NCBI RefSeq assembly: GCF_037042905.1
Contig: NC_087250.1
Location: forward strand, 16,804,001 to 16,868,000
Reading direction: 5' to 3'
DNA length: 64,000 bases
From: Lytechinus pictus
Lineage: Eukaryota
Position numbers and translations under genes: made by a program. This document shows positions 1 to 12,395 of the stretch, in pieces. How positions within the stretch are numbered: the first letter of the stretch is position 1; each line of letters opens with the position of its first letter. Under the pieces are notes generated by a model. It did no database searches and was not told the DNA's origin. It saw only the letters and a program-made list of their open reading frames with translations.

Positions 1-191
1 GTTGACATCTTCATACGATATTTTTTTTCTGTTAACTAATAAAGTTATTATTTCTGCGGATAATAGGTTCCTAGCATGTTTGGTCTTCTAGTTGGTGATT
101 ATCAATCCACATGTTTTGTCCGGTGTTATCGCCAATTGCATCCAATGGCTCTGTAGGCTACTGGTGGGTCTGCAATGGCATCATCAGTGTA

Positions 192-436
192 CACAGCAAA
201 AACTGTGGTGTTAACCTGTGTGCATAGAGGACCACACCAGTTATTTTACATCGGTGTTAAATTGACAGTGTTAGTTTAACACCTATAGGTGTTATTACAA
301 CACCTTTGGTTGTCACATCAACACCCTTTGGTGTTGGTCTTATGTCCAATCCCTAGGGTGTAATTTTAACACCTCAGGGTGTGGTCCTCTATTAACACCA
401 ACTGGTGTAAATTTTAACACCTCAGTTTTTACAGTG
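192..436. mobile_element. Non-autonomous CACTA/EnSpm-like MITE
   Basis: TIRs CACAGCAAAAACTGTGGTGTTAA / TTAACACCTCAGTTTTTACAGTG, flanked by TA on both sides; internal aacacc/ggtgtt subrepeats. Confidence 0.65.
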
Positions 437-612
437 TATGTAGGTAATTTATTCGATTATAAATGTATAGACAGGAAAATCCCTTTCTTTATACTTACCT
501 TCTTCATCACGAGATGTATTGCCTATAACGAAACGAATCGGTGAAAGTATGCAACCTTGACGCACTTCTGTCAGTACCTTTAACCAGTCACTATAACCAT
601 CTTCTCTCCTGA

Positions 613-1020
613 AGGCGACCGCACACCTTACGACTGGTCTGCGACCCGATTTCAGAATAAGATGTTGTAGAATTTGATGCTAATATTGAGACTTGGAATA
701 TCATACTGTGTAATGTTATAAATCATCGTACGAATACCTATGATCAAATCTGTGACTTTGCTATCATCCTTCTTAGAATAAAAGATAATTTAATATCTAG
801 TCGTAATGACGTCACAGCAGTCGTACGATTGGCTACGATTTGAAACTAATTTGGCCTTTACTCCAAAATAAAGGCTTTCAATCTTTCAAAATGATTATAA
901 GATTATTCTTTCAATTAATTTTAACCTCAAATAAAATGATATGTTCCATTCACATCTTCAGAAAATGAGCAAAATGTTCCAAAATCAGATCGCGAACAGT
1001 CGTAAGGTGTGCGGTGGCCT
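613..1020. mobile_element. MITE with ~40-bp TIRs (PIF/Harbinger-like)
   Basis: AGGCGACCGCACACCTTACGACTG ... CAGTCGTAAGGTGTGCGGTGGCCT; flanks tga/tta. Confidence 0.6.
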
Positions 1021-2385
1021 TTACACAACACCATAAACTATCAAAGATTGTATTGATGGTAGGGGCATAGTTAACGAGAGACCGTAAGAAGTGAACACCT
1101 TTATATTACACTGTTTATGTTATCAAATGCATTGCTGCTAAAATCAATTAAAGTTCATTGCAATGGGAATCTGGAGTTCCTAGCACTTTTCAATCATAGT
1201 ACGCGGTGTGAACATTTGCTCAGCACAAGTTTAGCTGGAAACCTGCTTATTCTTGATCTTGTTTTATAATTTCCTGTTATATATAAATGATTGTTTCGAA
1301 AACGACTATAATCTTCAGCTATCACTTTGATAGTTGACTCGGGAAAATGCATCCTCAGAAAAATAAAATAAATAAATAACGAGCAGGGTAATGACCCAGA
1401 AAAAGATTGAGTGATCCAGTAATGACAGACCCATTGCCTTGATTGCAAATTGTTATTTGCAGAGTTAGCTGCAATTATTGCAGATCTGATGGGAGCTGAA
1501 GTGAACTGAAAGATATGATTTTGCTACAAGGATGTACAAGCAAAAGTATAATACATGTATTGGCGTTATACATTACATTGCATAAGTCACACGTTTATTT
1601 GATTATTACGTAAGTTGGCCTATCTATTACCTAATTATGGATATGATGAACATGTTAATATATCTAATTCAATTAATCTAATTTCAACATGATTATTAGT
1701 TCATCAATCTATATTTAGTATTTTTGTTGTAGGTTCATGTAATTGTATCATTGTCATGATTATAAGATCAGTATCAGTGTGCTCTTAGGCATGCCTGATG
1801 CTCCTTGCAAGCATACTACTTTGTATACAGATGTGGGTGCATGTGTGTGCGTTTTTGTTTACTCCTGAATACAAATTAAAAATTGTGGTAAAAACGATTG
1901 TCAAATCATTCAATCATTAAAGCTTGATATATGTATTGCCTTCGACAAAATCATAAGCAGTTGTTGAAAGATCTCGTTAAAACAAATGTACAAAACAAAT
2001 GCTGGAAAATACCAAGAAATACATAAGCACTGACTGTGGTATTATAATTTAAAGGCCGTACAATTCTGATACGAGCGAATGCTATTTGTACAATAAATGA
2101 TAAACTTTTGAGCTGAAGTTACCGAATTATAGCATAATATTGCAAAATATGCATAAATTTGCATAATTAATTAACCCCAAATAGATTAACCTATTTTTCG
2201 GCATGGTTCATGTTATGTGTGCAAGATAATGCATTTCTCATGTCTGTGAAAGTGAATATTATAAAATAATATCGTAGAAATAAGATTCTAACTGGCCAAT
2301 TAGGCAGCTATTTTGTTTGTGTAAATTTAGTGGTCAAAACATCGGAAATCAGCTTGGGAACAGGTCTCGTCAGATTCAGCACATA

Positions 2386-2559
2386 CACTGTAAGAAATGA
2401 AGTGCTAATTTAGCACTTACAGTGCTTGTATAGTGATTGCACTACGAGTGCTGATTTTCTAGTTCAAATTTAAACTAGAAAATCAGCACTCGTAGCTGCG
2501 TAGTGCAGTCACTATACAAGCACTGTAAGTGCTAAATTAGCACTTCATTCTTAACAGTG
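2386..2559. mobile_element. Fully palindromic CACTG-terminated MITE (copy 1)
   Basis: Near-perfect 174-bp hairpin, TA flanks; second copy at 60971-61136. Confidence 0.75.
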
Positions 2560-3339
2560 TATGAATTGTGTGCAAAAAAACCTGTTCCCCACTTCTACCC
2601 CAAAATGCTTCTAGGATTCACATATTTCCCAATATATCTCTTGTGTAAATCAGAAGGCCCTCGCTATAACTAGCACCTCTTCTTCATTTGACACTATCTC
2701 TCTGACCACTTGATTTTAAGTATGTCGTCGCCATATCCACATCCCGAATGCTAACAGTAGCTTTGTTTATGTTGATCAGAAAACACCCTAACCCTGCAAA
2801 AAAAAATCCACATCTCAAAATAAAAGAACTCTGAACAATACAGCAACTGAAACTGAAACTTCACTGAGTTCGATTGACATTAGCTTCGTAACAGCAGATC
2901 ATGAAAATAAGGCATGTTAACGCAATAGTCGCACCAATGAAACCGACTCCAAACCGAACGATGGTATGTCATTGAAAAATAACGTAATAGATTTGATCGG
3001 TATGGAGTCGATTGCCCCTGTGCATCGGACCTTTTCGACTGCCAACTTTTTTTTTAGTATTATGTAGTCGTTCTACTCTATTAACGCTGAATGCGCTAGG
3101 TTCATTGCTATTCACATTAATGTTCTATTCATCGACAAGTTATTATGCATAGATTATTCATATCTGTTTATCATGTTCCCCTCCTATTTATACTACATGA
3201 CGCAGGCATGCAAGGAAAATTGGAATTCATTTCGGTGTCTTTCTATACATACGTGTTTTTTTTTCTAATAATACAGACGCCGCTTGCATCGTATTTGGAA
3301 TCGGACGATAAAGGCCGTAAACGCCACCTATAGTCTTTT

Positions 3340-3425
3340 CAAATTGCAGCTCTGAGTGGATTTACAACTTTCAGCATAATAAATTCAAATTTTTGGATAA
3401 GAATGGAATCGCTTAGATTTTGAAG
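3340..3425 (+). other. Probable non-coding 5' UTR exon of the 4TM-ZU5-DD gene (start approximate)
   Basis: Strong donor GAAG|GTAAGA at 3425/3426; pyrimidine-rich acceptor ttttatag at 4672-4679 lies downstream; contains a 6-codon uORF (3403-3423). Confidence 0.4.
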
Positions 3426-4173
3426 GTAAGAAAAACAAGAGAAGGTTTATCTGCCTTGGAGGTAACATTGTAGGACCTATCTGCACTTTCTGCAATAGTT
3501 TGTAAAAAAGGGAAGTGACATTTAAAAAATAAAAATATGGCGAAGACGAAAGAGAGAGAGGGGGAGGGTATGCGTTAATTCAGACTTATTATGAGAGAGA
3601 TGGAACAACTAATAAAAGTAAACGAAATAATTTAATACAGCAAAAACGACTACTTTGTAAATTTATGGTGAAACAACGTTTTTGTTTTGTTTTGTTTTAG
3701 CACGGAAGTATGATAAATCGTTGACGTGAATGCACGCTAGAATGCATCGAGGTAATTAAAATGAATGGTAGTTTTGTGGGTTTTTTTTTTATTTGGATGC
3801 ATTGTAAAGTAAAGCATTTTTAGGTGAATTCATAAAATATGATTGTAAGGTATATTGCCTTTTATGTGAGTACGCAATGAAGCATTTTATTTGAATTCGT
3901 GAGGGGAAATCATTTAGTTGTATAATAACATGAATAGCGAAGTAGTATTTGCTTTGAGAAAAATTCAGTATGACAGGTTTGAAAATAGCATTTCTGTTCT
4001 AGATATTGGTAAAACAAATATTCAAGACTAAGTTGTTCAATATTTTTATGTCAATATAGGGCAGAAATTTTTATGTGAATGCATGTTTTTAAATGTATTG
4101 ACTCGTGAAATATTTAGATTGGAATACGTGTTTCAAATGCCTTCCTGTGGTAACCTGCATGGAATCCTAATTT

Positions 4174-4545
4174 GATGATGATGGTGATGATGATGATGGT
4201 GATGATGATGGTGATGATGATGTTGATGATGACGATGATGGTGATGTTGATGATGACGATTATGGTGATGATGATGGTGATGATGATGATAATCATGGCG
4301 ATGATGATGACACAGATGACGACGATGATGAAAATGATGAAGCCAATATGATGATAATGATGATGACGATGAGAATGCTGCTGCTTCTACTCCAGATGAT
4401 GGTGACTGTGATGGTGACATATATGATGAATAATCATTATATGATGGTGACGGCAACACTTACTGTGGTGCCGAGGAGAATAATGACGATGATGATGAGG
4501 ACGGTAATACTAGCGGTGATGCCAAAATAGATAACGATGACGTTG
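4174..4545. repeat. (GAT)n degenerate microsatellite
   Basis: Runs of gatgatgat/gtgatg; explains the spurious poly-His/Ile/Met ORFs. Confidence 0.9.
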
Positions 4546-4728
4546 TGCCGATTTCGTTCGGTGATCAACGGATCAAAGATCATAATAACGTTGCTGCTCA
4601 GTCAAAGTGCGATATCATCAAGAATCTACCACACCAAAGCCTGAACTGATTTTCATCCACATTTCATTCCATTTTATAGCTTCTAGAGCAGATATCACAA
4701 CCGATGGAACATATGCAACTTTCAAACA

Positions 4729-4737
4729 ATGGCACGG
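4729..4737 (+). CDS. 4TM-ZU5-DD gene coding exon 1 (M-A-R)
   Basis: aaacaATGG Kozak-like context, upstream in-frame TAG at 4684, donor CGG|GTAAGC phase 0. Confidence 0.55.
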
Positions 4738-7700
4738 GTAAGCATTTAAACCTTAATCTATTCATTTTTATCTTTATATATATGAATTTATTCATTCTTT
4801 TTTTATTTCCTTTTTGATTAACTTGTTTATTTTATTGGTCCATACTTTTCCTATGTAGTAATATACACAGTGAAATTAATGTTTAATAAAATAATTATCA
4901 TCTTCATATCAGTCATGTTCAGCCTACTGCAAGGCGAAGGCCTCCTCAAGTTGGTCCCAAAGGTTCTTGTCTTATGCTGATGCAATCCACTTTGTGCCAA
5001 TAAACATTTTGAGCTCGTCGCTCTATCTCAATTTTTGTCTACCCCGATTTCTTGATCCGAGCCATGGTCTTCATTCTGTGATACGTTTGATCCATCTATT
5101 GTCATATGATCTTGCAAGATTGCCGGCCCATTTCCATTTCATTGTTTTAATCAAAGAATTAAACAAGTTCAACTTTTAAGTAATAAATATCAGAAATTAA
5201 CATTGTTGTTTAAATGTTAACATTTTGTTTAAAAATTAAAACGATACCTTATAATACAAACTATATGCCTCAAAGAAGAAAACATAACTGAGCTACGCTT
5301 TCTCGATGAACAATTCAGGGTAAAGTCAGCCTTCATATAAACAACACAATTAGCGAACTCCTTCTTCCCCAAAAAACAATCACCTGTTGGAACAATCTCA
5401 CTAGAGAAATTGTCACTTAAAAAAAAAGGCCCTCCCAAAACCAAACCCCTCAAAATATAAATAATACCACCACTCTCGTCAGCCCCGAGTAACACACCTG
5501 GCGGAGGACTTCGGGGGAAACGACTATAAGGTAATACGAGTTTCTTTTTTTTCAAATGGTGGTATTTGTTCTCTTTATTTCTCTTGTTTTCCTAGGTGTC
5601 CCAATTACCAGCTGCTTTTCAGATTTCAGGAGCTGTTTTTCTAATAATATTTGGCATCGTTGCCATCGTATTATCATGCAAATGGTCATATTTCGCTGCT
5701 CCAATTATCGTTGGTATATTGGTAGGTATTGTACACAATGTGTTGTTGCTAAAAGAGATCATCCTTTCCAATCTATTTAATAAACATTAAGGATGACAAT
5801 GAAATACTATTCATTTTTCAAGAGTAAACTGTTTGTTTGTTTTGTTTATTTTTATTTCTGCGTTCACAATACATTATCAAAAATATTTACATAGTTTTCG
5901 ATATACAAAATAATCCATAATGTATACAATATAAACATAATACATAATTAGAAAAAAATGTTGTGGGCACATACTTCACATTTTAATAATAATAAAAAGG
6001 AACATTAACAAATGAACGCAGGAGACCGCCATCGTGAGCGGTTAAGCTTGTAATTGATGGCGGCCTGTTAACTGTTAACGGGCTGTTTTAATCAAATTGT
6101 AAATAACGGCTTTATAAGCAAGACTAGAATGTGAATTACCAAATCGTGAGTAAAATGTTAAAGATTTTGAAGTTTGTAAATATATGTATTTAAAATATTG
6201 AATTATTTTGTTCCTATTCAATATAAAGTAAACTATGATATTTCTGTAAAATCAAGAATGGTTGACAACATCATCTGTCTACTCAAGCACAAAGATTTGA
6301 ATTAAATTAAGATTGGCTATGGCGATAATATGATACAGAATTCAATTTCAAATATGATTATTTTGATAATCAGTATCATTATCGTGGTTATCATTATTAT
6401 TTCGATTATTTTTATTGTCATAAATATGATTATTTCAATTATAATTATTATCTGTATCAATATTATCATTGATATTGTTGTCATTGTTTGTATCATTATC
6501 ATCATTATATTTTAACAGATACTTGGTCCAACAGGGATCATTGGAATATGTTTTTCCAGAAGAGGAATTGCTCTTTCGGTAAGCATTTAAAGCATTACAA
6601 AACTTATGCATTATTTGTTGTTTTTGACATATTTGTTTATTGATATTGTTCTTACTCTTCTAGATGATGTTTTCTTGTCAGTTATGTAAAATAATTAATA
6701 TCAAATCTGTCTTAGTATCCTTTCTAAATAAATGTTCATCTGCGTCTTAGGTGCAGTCTTAAAATGTTGGGCAACATACTGTCCACACAACAATTGGTTT
6801 AAAAATCAATCCAACACTGTGTAGTTTTCAACCAATACTGTGCAGTTTCCCCCAAAAGCACACATTATTGGTTTAAAACTACCAAGAAATTAATAAGGTT
6901 TTAACCAATTGTTCTGTAGACAGTATGTTGCCTGAAATTGTTAAGAGTGCAATGTACCAAATATAGGTCAAAATATCGTATATATTCATTTATTTCTTTA
7001 TTTATTTACTATATCTGAATATCTAGTTGGTCTTCTTTATGCAGGGTATTTTTCTATTGAAGTCTTTTATTCCATTTAAACATGATACAAATTAATCAGA
7101 TCAGATTCAAAATAACAAATGAACATTATCGGTGAGTGCAAGTCAGACTTAAGATTGTAAAAAAAAGTTCAGCACCAAATAGAGCATATGGAAATGAGAA
7201 GGTCCACTCAAAGCAATGCCTGTGAAATGTTGACCCCCTTTTATCACTTTCGACCTGTTCAATATCTAATATTATTCTCTCAAAGTGCCAAGGGTTGAGT
7301 CTGTACTGATGAAATATACATTAAAACATCTTCAATAATGAATTACTGTTGTACACACTGTATACAAAAAAATATTTGGTAAAATTTTAACCAGCACTAA
7401 GGTAATTATGTGTCCAAACATTTTGGGGCAGTAATTTACCCTATGCGTGAAGCATATTGTCTAGTAAGGTTAAAAAAACAGCTATTACTTTAGAATTGGC
7501 AAAGTTTCATCACACTGGATAAATAAAAATGTCCAATGTTGGTTCAACACATAATTACCCTCATGGAGCACTTTTACCCAATATTTTTTTAGATTGTATG
7601 GACTTTCATTTTCTAGTAAACTTTTGTTAATCCTTTGACTATTAATTTTGAATCATTTAAAAGGAATAACTCTAGATTTACATACAGTATATGGGAGGCC

Positions 7701-10700
7701 TTTAATGATATTTTTTATTGTTCAAACATTTTATCTTAAAAATAACATCCGGTGATCTTTCATTTTTCTTCCAACTTGCAATTTTTTTAAACATTCAATT
7801 CAAGCATGGTATTGATTTCAACAAATGCATGCAAATGTCAGTCAGAAGGCTGAAATTGGCATGTAAACATGATATTCTCAATGATAATACATTTCAAATT
7901 ACAAGACAGGAATATGTGAATTTTACAATAACGTGATACAATTATGCATGTACAAAATTTGAGCACACTAAACATGTTAAATATCATGATGATTTTTAAT
8001 TCGACCCACATAAACTACTTTTATTTTACTTTAATTTTGTATTTTACCCCAACAGCTTACCAGGCATAAGCTATTTTTTTAGATTATACAAACCTTGTTC
8101 TCAAATATTATAAATAACGTTCTGTGATCTTTATTTTTTCTTCAATCGTGCAATTTAATTATATACTTAACTTTAATTTAATCCAACGATGCTTGTAGGA
8201 CTATGCCTGTTCATTTATCCAAGGAAATAAACTGTATGCTCCACACTATCAGTTTCAATTAGTTGCATGTGGCAGGTAGTTGCATGTGGCAAGACTGGAA
8301 TTCCATTAATCAAAATCATACACAAAAGCAACATCCTTCCAGTGATTATCAAGCCGATTCTTAAAACAATCTACACTCTAAACATTGTTGGGTGAAAATG
8401 CTCTATGATGATATTTATGTGTCCAACCAACAATGTGCATTTTTATTTTTCCAGTGTGATGAAAATTTTGCCCATTCTAAAGTAACTGCTGCCTATTTCT
8501 TAAACCATACTGGACAGCATGCTTCCCACATTGGGTAAAATACTGCCCCAAATTGGTTGGGCACATAATTACCCTCGTGCTTGTTGAAAATTTACTTTTT
8601 TTTTACAGTGTACAGATATTATATTATCATATTATATTACTATATTATATTATATTAATATTCCCTTTTATCCCATCAGCCTACCAGGCATAGGTCCTAC
8701 AGGGTATTATCTTGTATATCGAGTCTTATTTCGTTGGCATTAGTTGCTTTCTATTGCTCCGTGGCTGCTTTGGAAGATGCCTCACAATGCACACCGGGTT
8801 TGATGAGTTCGTCATTTTCTTGCGAACAGTTGGTGAGTTGTCCAAATCATCTGTGTAATCATAAGGCAACACCCCTGGAATTCTGAAAAGATTGGAGGAA
8901 TGTAACCAAAATGAACTTATTGTGAAGTGAAGCCCTTTTTGTCAAATTTCTAGGGACCAAAATGACCTACATTTTGAAGTGAAAAACTTTTTTGGGGGGC
9001 TTGTCACATTTACATCAGCACCACCATTAAAAAAAATCGTTCCCAGGACACTGCATTGTAATCATCATTTATAGCTGTAATCATGGTAATGCTGATGAAT
9101 TATGGCAATAGCCAAATAAAGCACCTTTTTTGTATTGATCAGAATTTGCTTAAATCCTGAAGACACCCTAAAAATAGACACGCAAACATAATATTTGTTT
9201 TCCTATGATATACGATATAATTTCAAGTTAAATTCATTCGGCCCGTGTCCCGTTTTCTGTACCCTGTTTGAATACACACCAAACCAAACGCCTACAAAAT
9301 CTTCGACACATATTTAAGAATTTAAGGGTTTTGTTCCCTCAAATTTGCATATAATTATGTAAACAAGCTCAATATAGGAGCAGATCCCCGAATAACTGGG
9401 GGAGGGGGGGAGATCGACATCAGTATAGGCCTTCATAAAGTAACAAAAAAACATGAACAAAATTAGAATCAAAGGTTAGAGTCTTAGAGTTTGGGCAATG
9501 CAACTGAGGATCCATTATCATTTTAAGGGGACGTGTAATGTCCCAGAAATTAAAAAAACAAGTAAAATAAAACACCCAAAATAAGAAATGGATTTTGTCT
9601 TCGGAAAAAAAATAAAAGCAGGAAAAATAAACAAATAAATCCTTTAAAAAATAATAAAAATCGTTACTTAGGAGTGAAAAGCATTTTGGTCTATAGAAAA
9701 AAGTGACAGGCGGAAAAAACGCCACAGAAAGGAAGTCACTTCCAATTAAGTCTCAGTCTGGGGGAGGGCTTAATATTCAACAGCGTGACCCCGTCCCTTC
9801 TTGGCTCTGCCCTCGCAACCCCCCCCCCCCCCACCATCGCCCTCTCCTAGAGTCAGCCCTGATCAAATATAACTGCAAAATATAATATATTATATCGTCT
9901 TCAACGCTTACAAACTTTTCACCACATTCTTGCCAATAAAAGGAAACGAGACGGGCCATTGACGGGGTGGTCGCCGCGGTTGCATGCCTCGAGTTCATCG
10001 TCTGCATCCAAATAGGTTTGGAAGTACAATGGTGTACGTGCTTGGGTCGAAGGGCGACGGCAACAAAGGTGAGCTAGTCCCAGTCACACTTAATAGGCCG
10101 ACTCCAGACCGACCAAAGCTATTACGTTATTTTTAATAGGACATCATCGGTTGGTTTGGAGTTGGATACGTTGGTGGCAAGAAGGAAATATTTTCAATTA
10201 TTACGGTTGCCCGGATGACAATATTCCAATATTCCTGCCAGCTTAAAAGGGTTCTGTACAATTTTTTAATGGAAAATCAGTTAGGAGTAGCTCGGTTCTC
10301 ACTCTCCTACCCACCTACACAAAAGTTTTTGTACCTTGCAATAATGCTTACTTTAAAGACGTGGTGTGTGTGTGGGGGGGGGGGGGGTGAATTCATTCCA
10401 TAGTCCCGTAACACTTTACCCTAAAATTAAAATAAAGTTGATACTGGAAGCATTTGATAAAACACAACGATCTAAAGGTCTGGTCCCACTGCACTTGCGG
10501 ATGCAGAGAGGATGTAAAACGGAAAAGAATTTTGTCATCCGTTTGAAAACGTTATGTATCCGTTGAGGACTCTGTGCACACATGTTTCATACGCTCTATA
10601 CATGCTATATGTCCATCGAGCATCCGTCTACTGTGATTTCATTGTTCGCCCATTTTGACCATTGTCTGGAGCAGATGAAAACGGATGGAACCACCCCGAA

Positions 10701-12321
10701 ATTTTGCTTGTCCGCTGTATCCGATATGAATACGTTTTGTGTCCGCCGGGCAAATGGGACCAGGCCTTAACACCAAACTCACACATGGTGCTATTGCTAC
10801 GCGTTAGCCAGTGAGAAGACAATACAATACCAAAATATGCTTTTAAAGCACTGGAAAGTACTAAAGCATTAAATTAAACATATAAAAATAAGCATACAGA
10901 ATTGTTAATTTTCGGCGCGCTTTGCGCTCGAAATCCTGTAATTGTGGACAGTTTTCATCCCACCCCAATCTGAAGCATGGACCCCCCCCCCCTATATGAT
11001 ACTATCATAGGAATTTCTACGTATTACGGGGGAAAACGTTTTCCACTTTTGATGTCTCATGCTATTTTTTTTTATTATCATTTATTTATTATTATTCATT
11101 TATTATTATTTATCTATTATCATAATTTTTTTTTTCGGGGGAGGGTTGTTCAGATTCGTAGATTGCGCATAAAAGTGATTGTCTTCTTCATTGTTATAGA
11201 CTTTGTCTCCGCAGAATCTTGATGGAGGTAATTTTTCATTGCCCGAAACTGCGTCAGAGAAAAAACCAAAAGGTAAAATTTTCTACAAAAAATATGGATA
11301 AAAATGTTTCAAATGGAAATTAAATTAAAAAAATGCACTGATGATGAAAAGTACGCATTATCATGATACTATGATGAACTTTAATACACCTTTATTAAAC
11401 TAAATGAATTAATTTACTGTAATTAATGAATAAATACACGTTTATCAAATAGATTAATAAATACAACCTTATTAATCACATATAACTAAAGATGTATCCA
11501 TAAGAAACAAAAAAAAAGTATAATTTGGCTCCAACGAAGATTTTTAGTCTTATTTTGCTTTGGGGCTAAGATGCATTCCTGTCTAATCCTTCTGTATCAT
11601 TTCCATAACGTTATATATATACACAAACACAGTGCGTCCCACAAAAAACGAAACCATGATTTATAAATGACTTATCATGCCTTAATCGCAAAAACAATAG
11701 AAAAATGACCTATCATTGTAAAGCTTAGGGTCTCCTCTTTCATTTGAAATAACTTTAATTATTCCTCATTCATGCATGATTGAGCAAAACCAATTTGAAG
11801 AAAGGAAACCAAAAAGTCATTTGGCGGGCGGTATCTGAGTTTCAAAAAGCAAATCACATTCTAAAAAAGTTCAATATCTGCTGTTTAATTTGATACCTCA
11901 ATTACAGAAAACGGTCGAGAAATAAAAAAAAGTTTTGTTTACTTGAAAAAACGCTTGAATTGATTTCATAAAGTAAAGAGCTAGGATATAGCTTTTAGAC
12001 TTTATACTCGACACTCCGTTTTGTTGACGATCAGTCATGCAGACAGTCTTTTGTTTACTATGCGATAGCTTCGGTGGGAAACCGGGGAAAACGTGTATGT
12101 TTCATGAAATTATGGAAATACAAGCATTGTTTCGAAGAATCATACCTTTTTTTTCAACATTTTCTGCGATTTAGCTTTCAAATTAAAGGGCAGATACTGA
12201 ACTTTTTAGGCGTGTGATTTTCTATTTGAAATTTTGATACCCCCGCCAAATGACTTTTTGTTATCCTTTCTTCAAATTGTTTTTACTCACTCATGCCTTG
12301 ATGAAAAATCGTGTATGTTAG

Positions 12322-12395
<74 letters not shown>

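Noticed and set aside
1194..1448. 84-aa minus-strand ORF
   Set aside because: Non-ATG start, no motif, no convincing exon partners.
4114..4530. Poly-His / poly-Ile / poly-Met ORFs
   Set aside because: Translations of a (GAT)n microsatellite within an intron.
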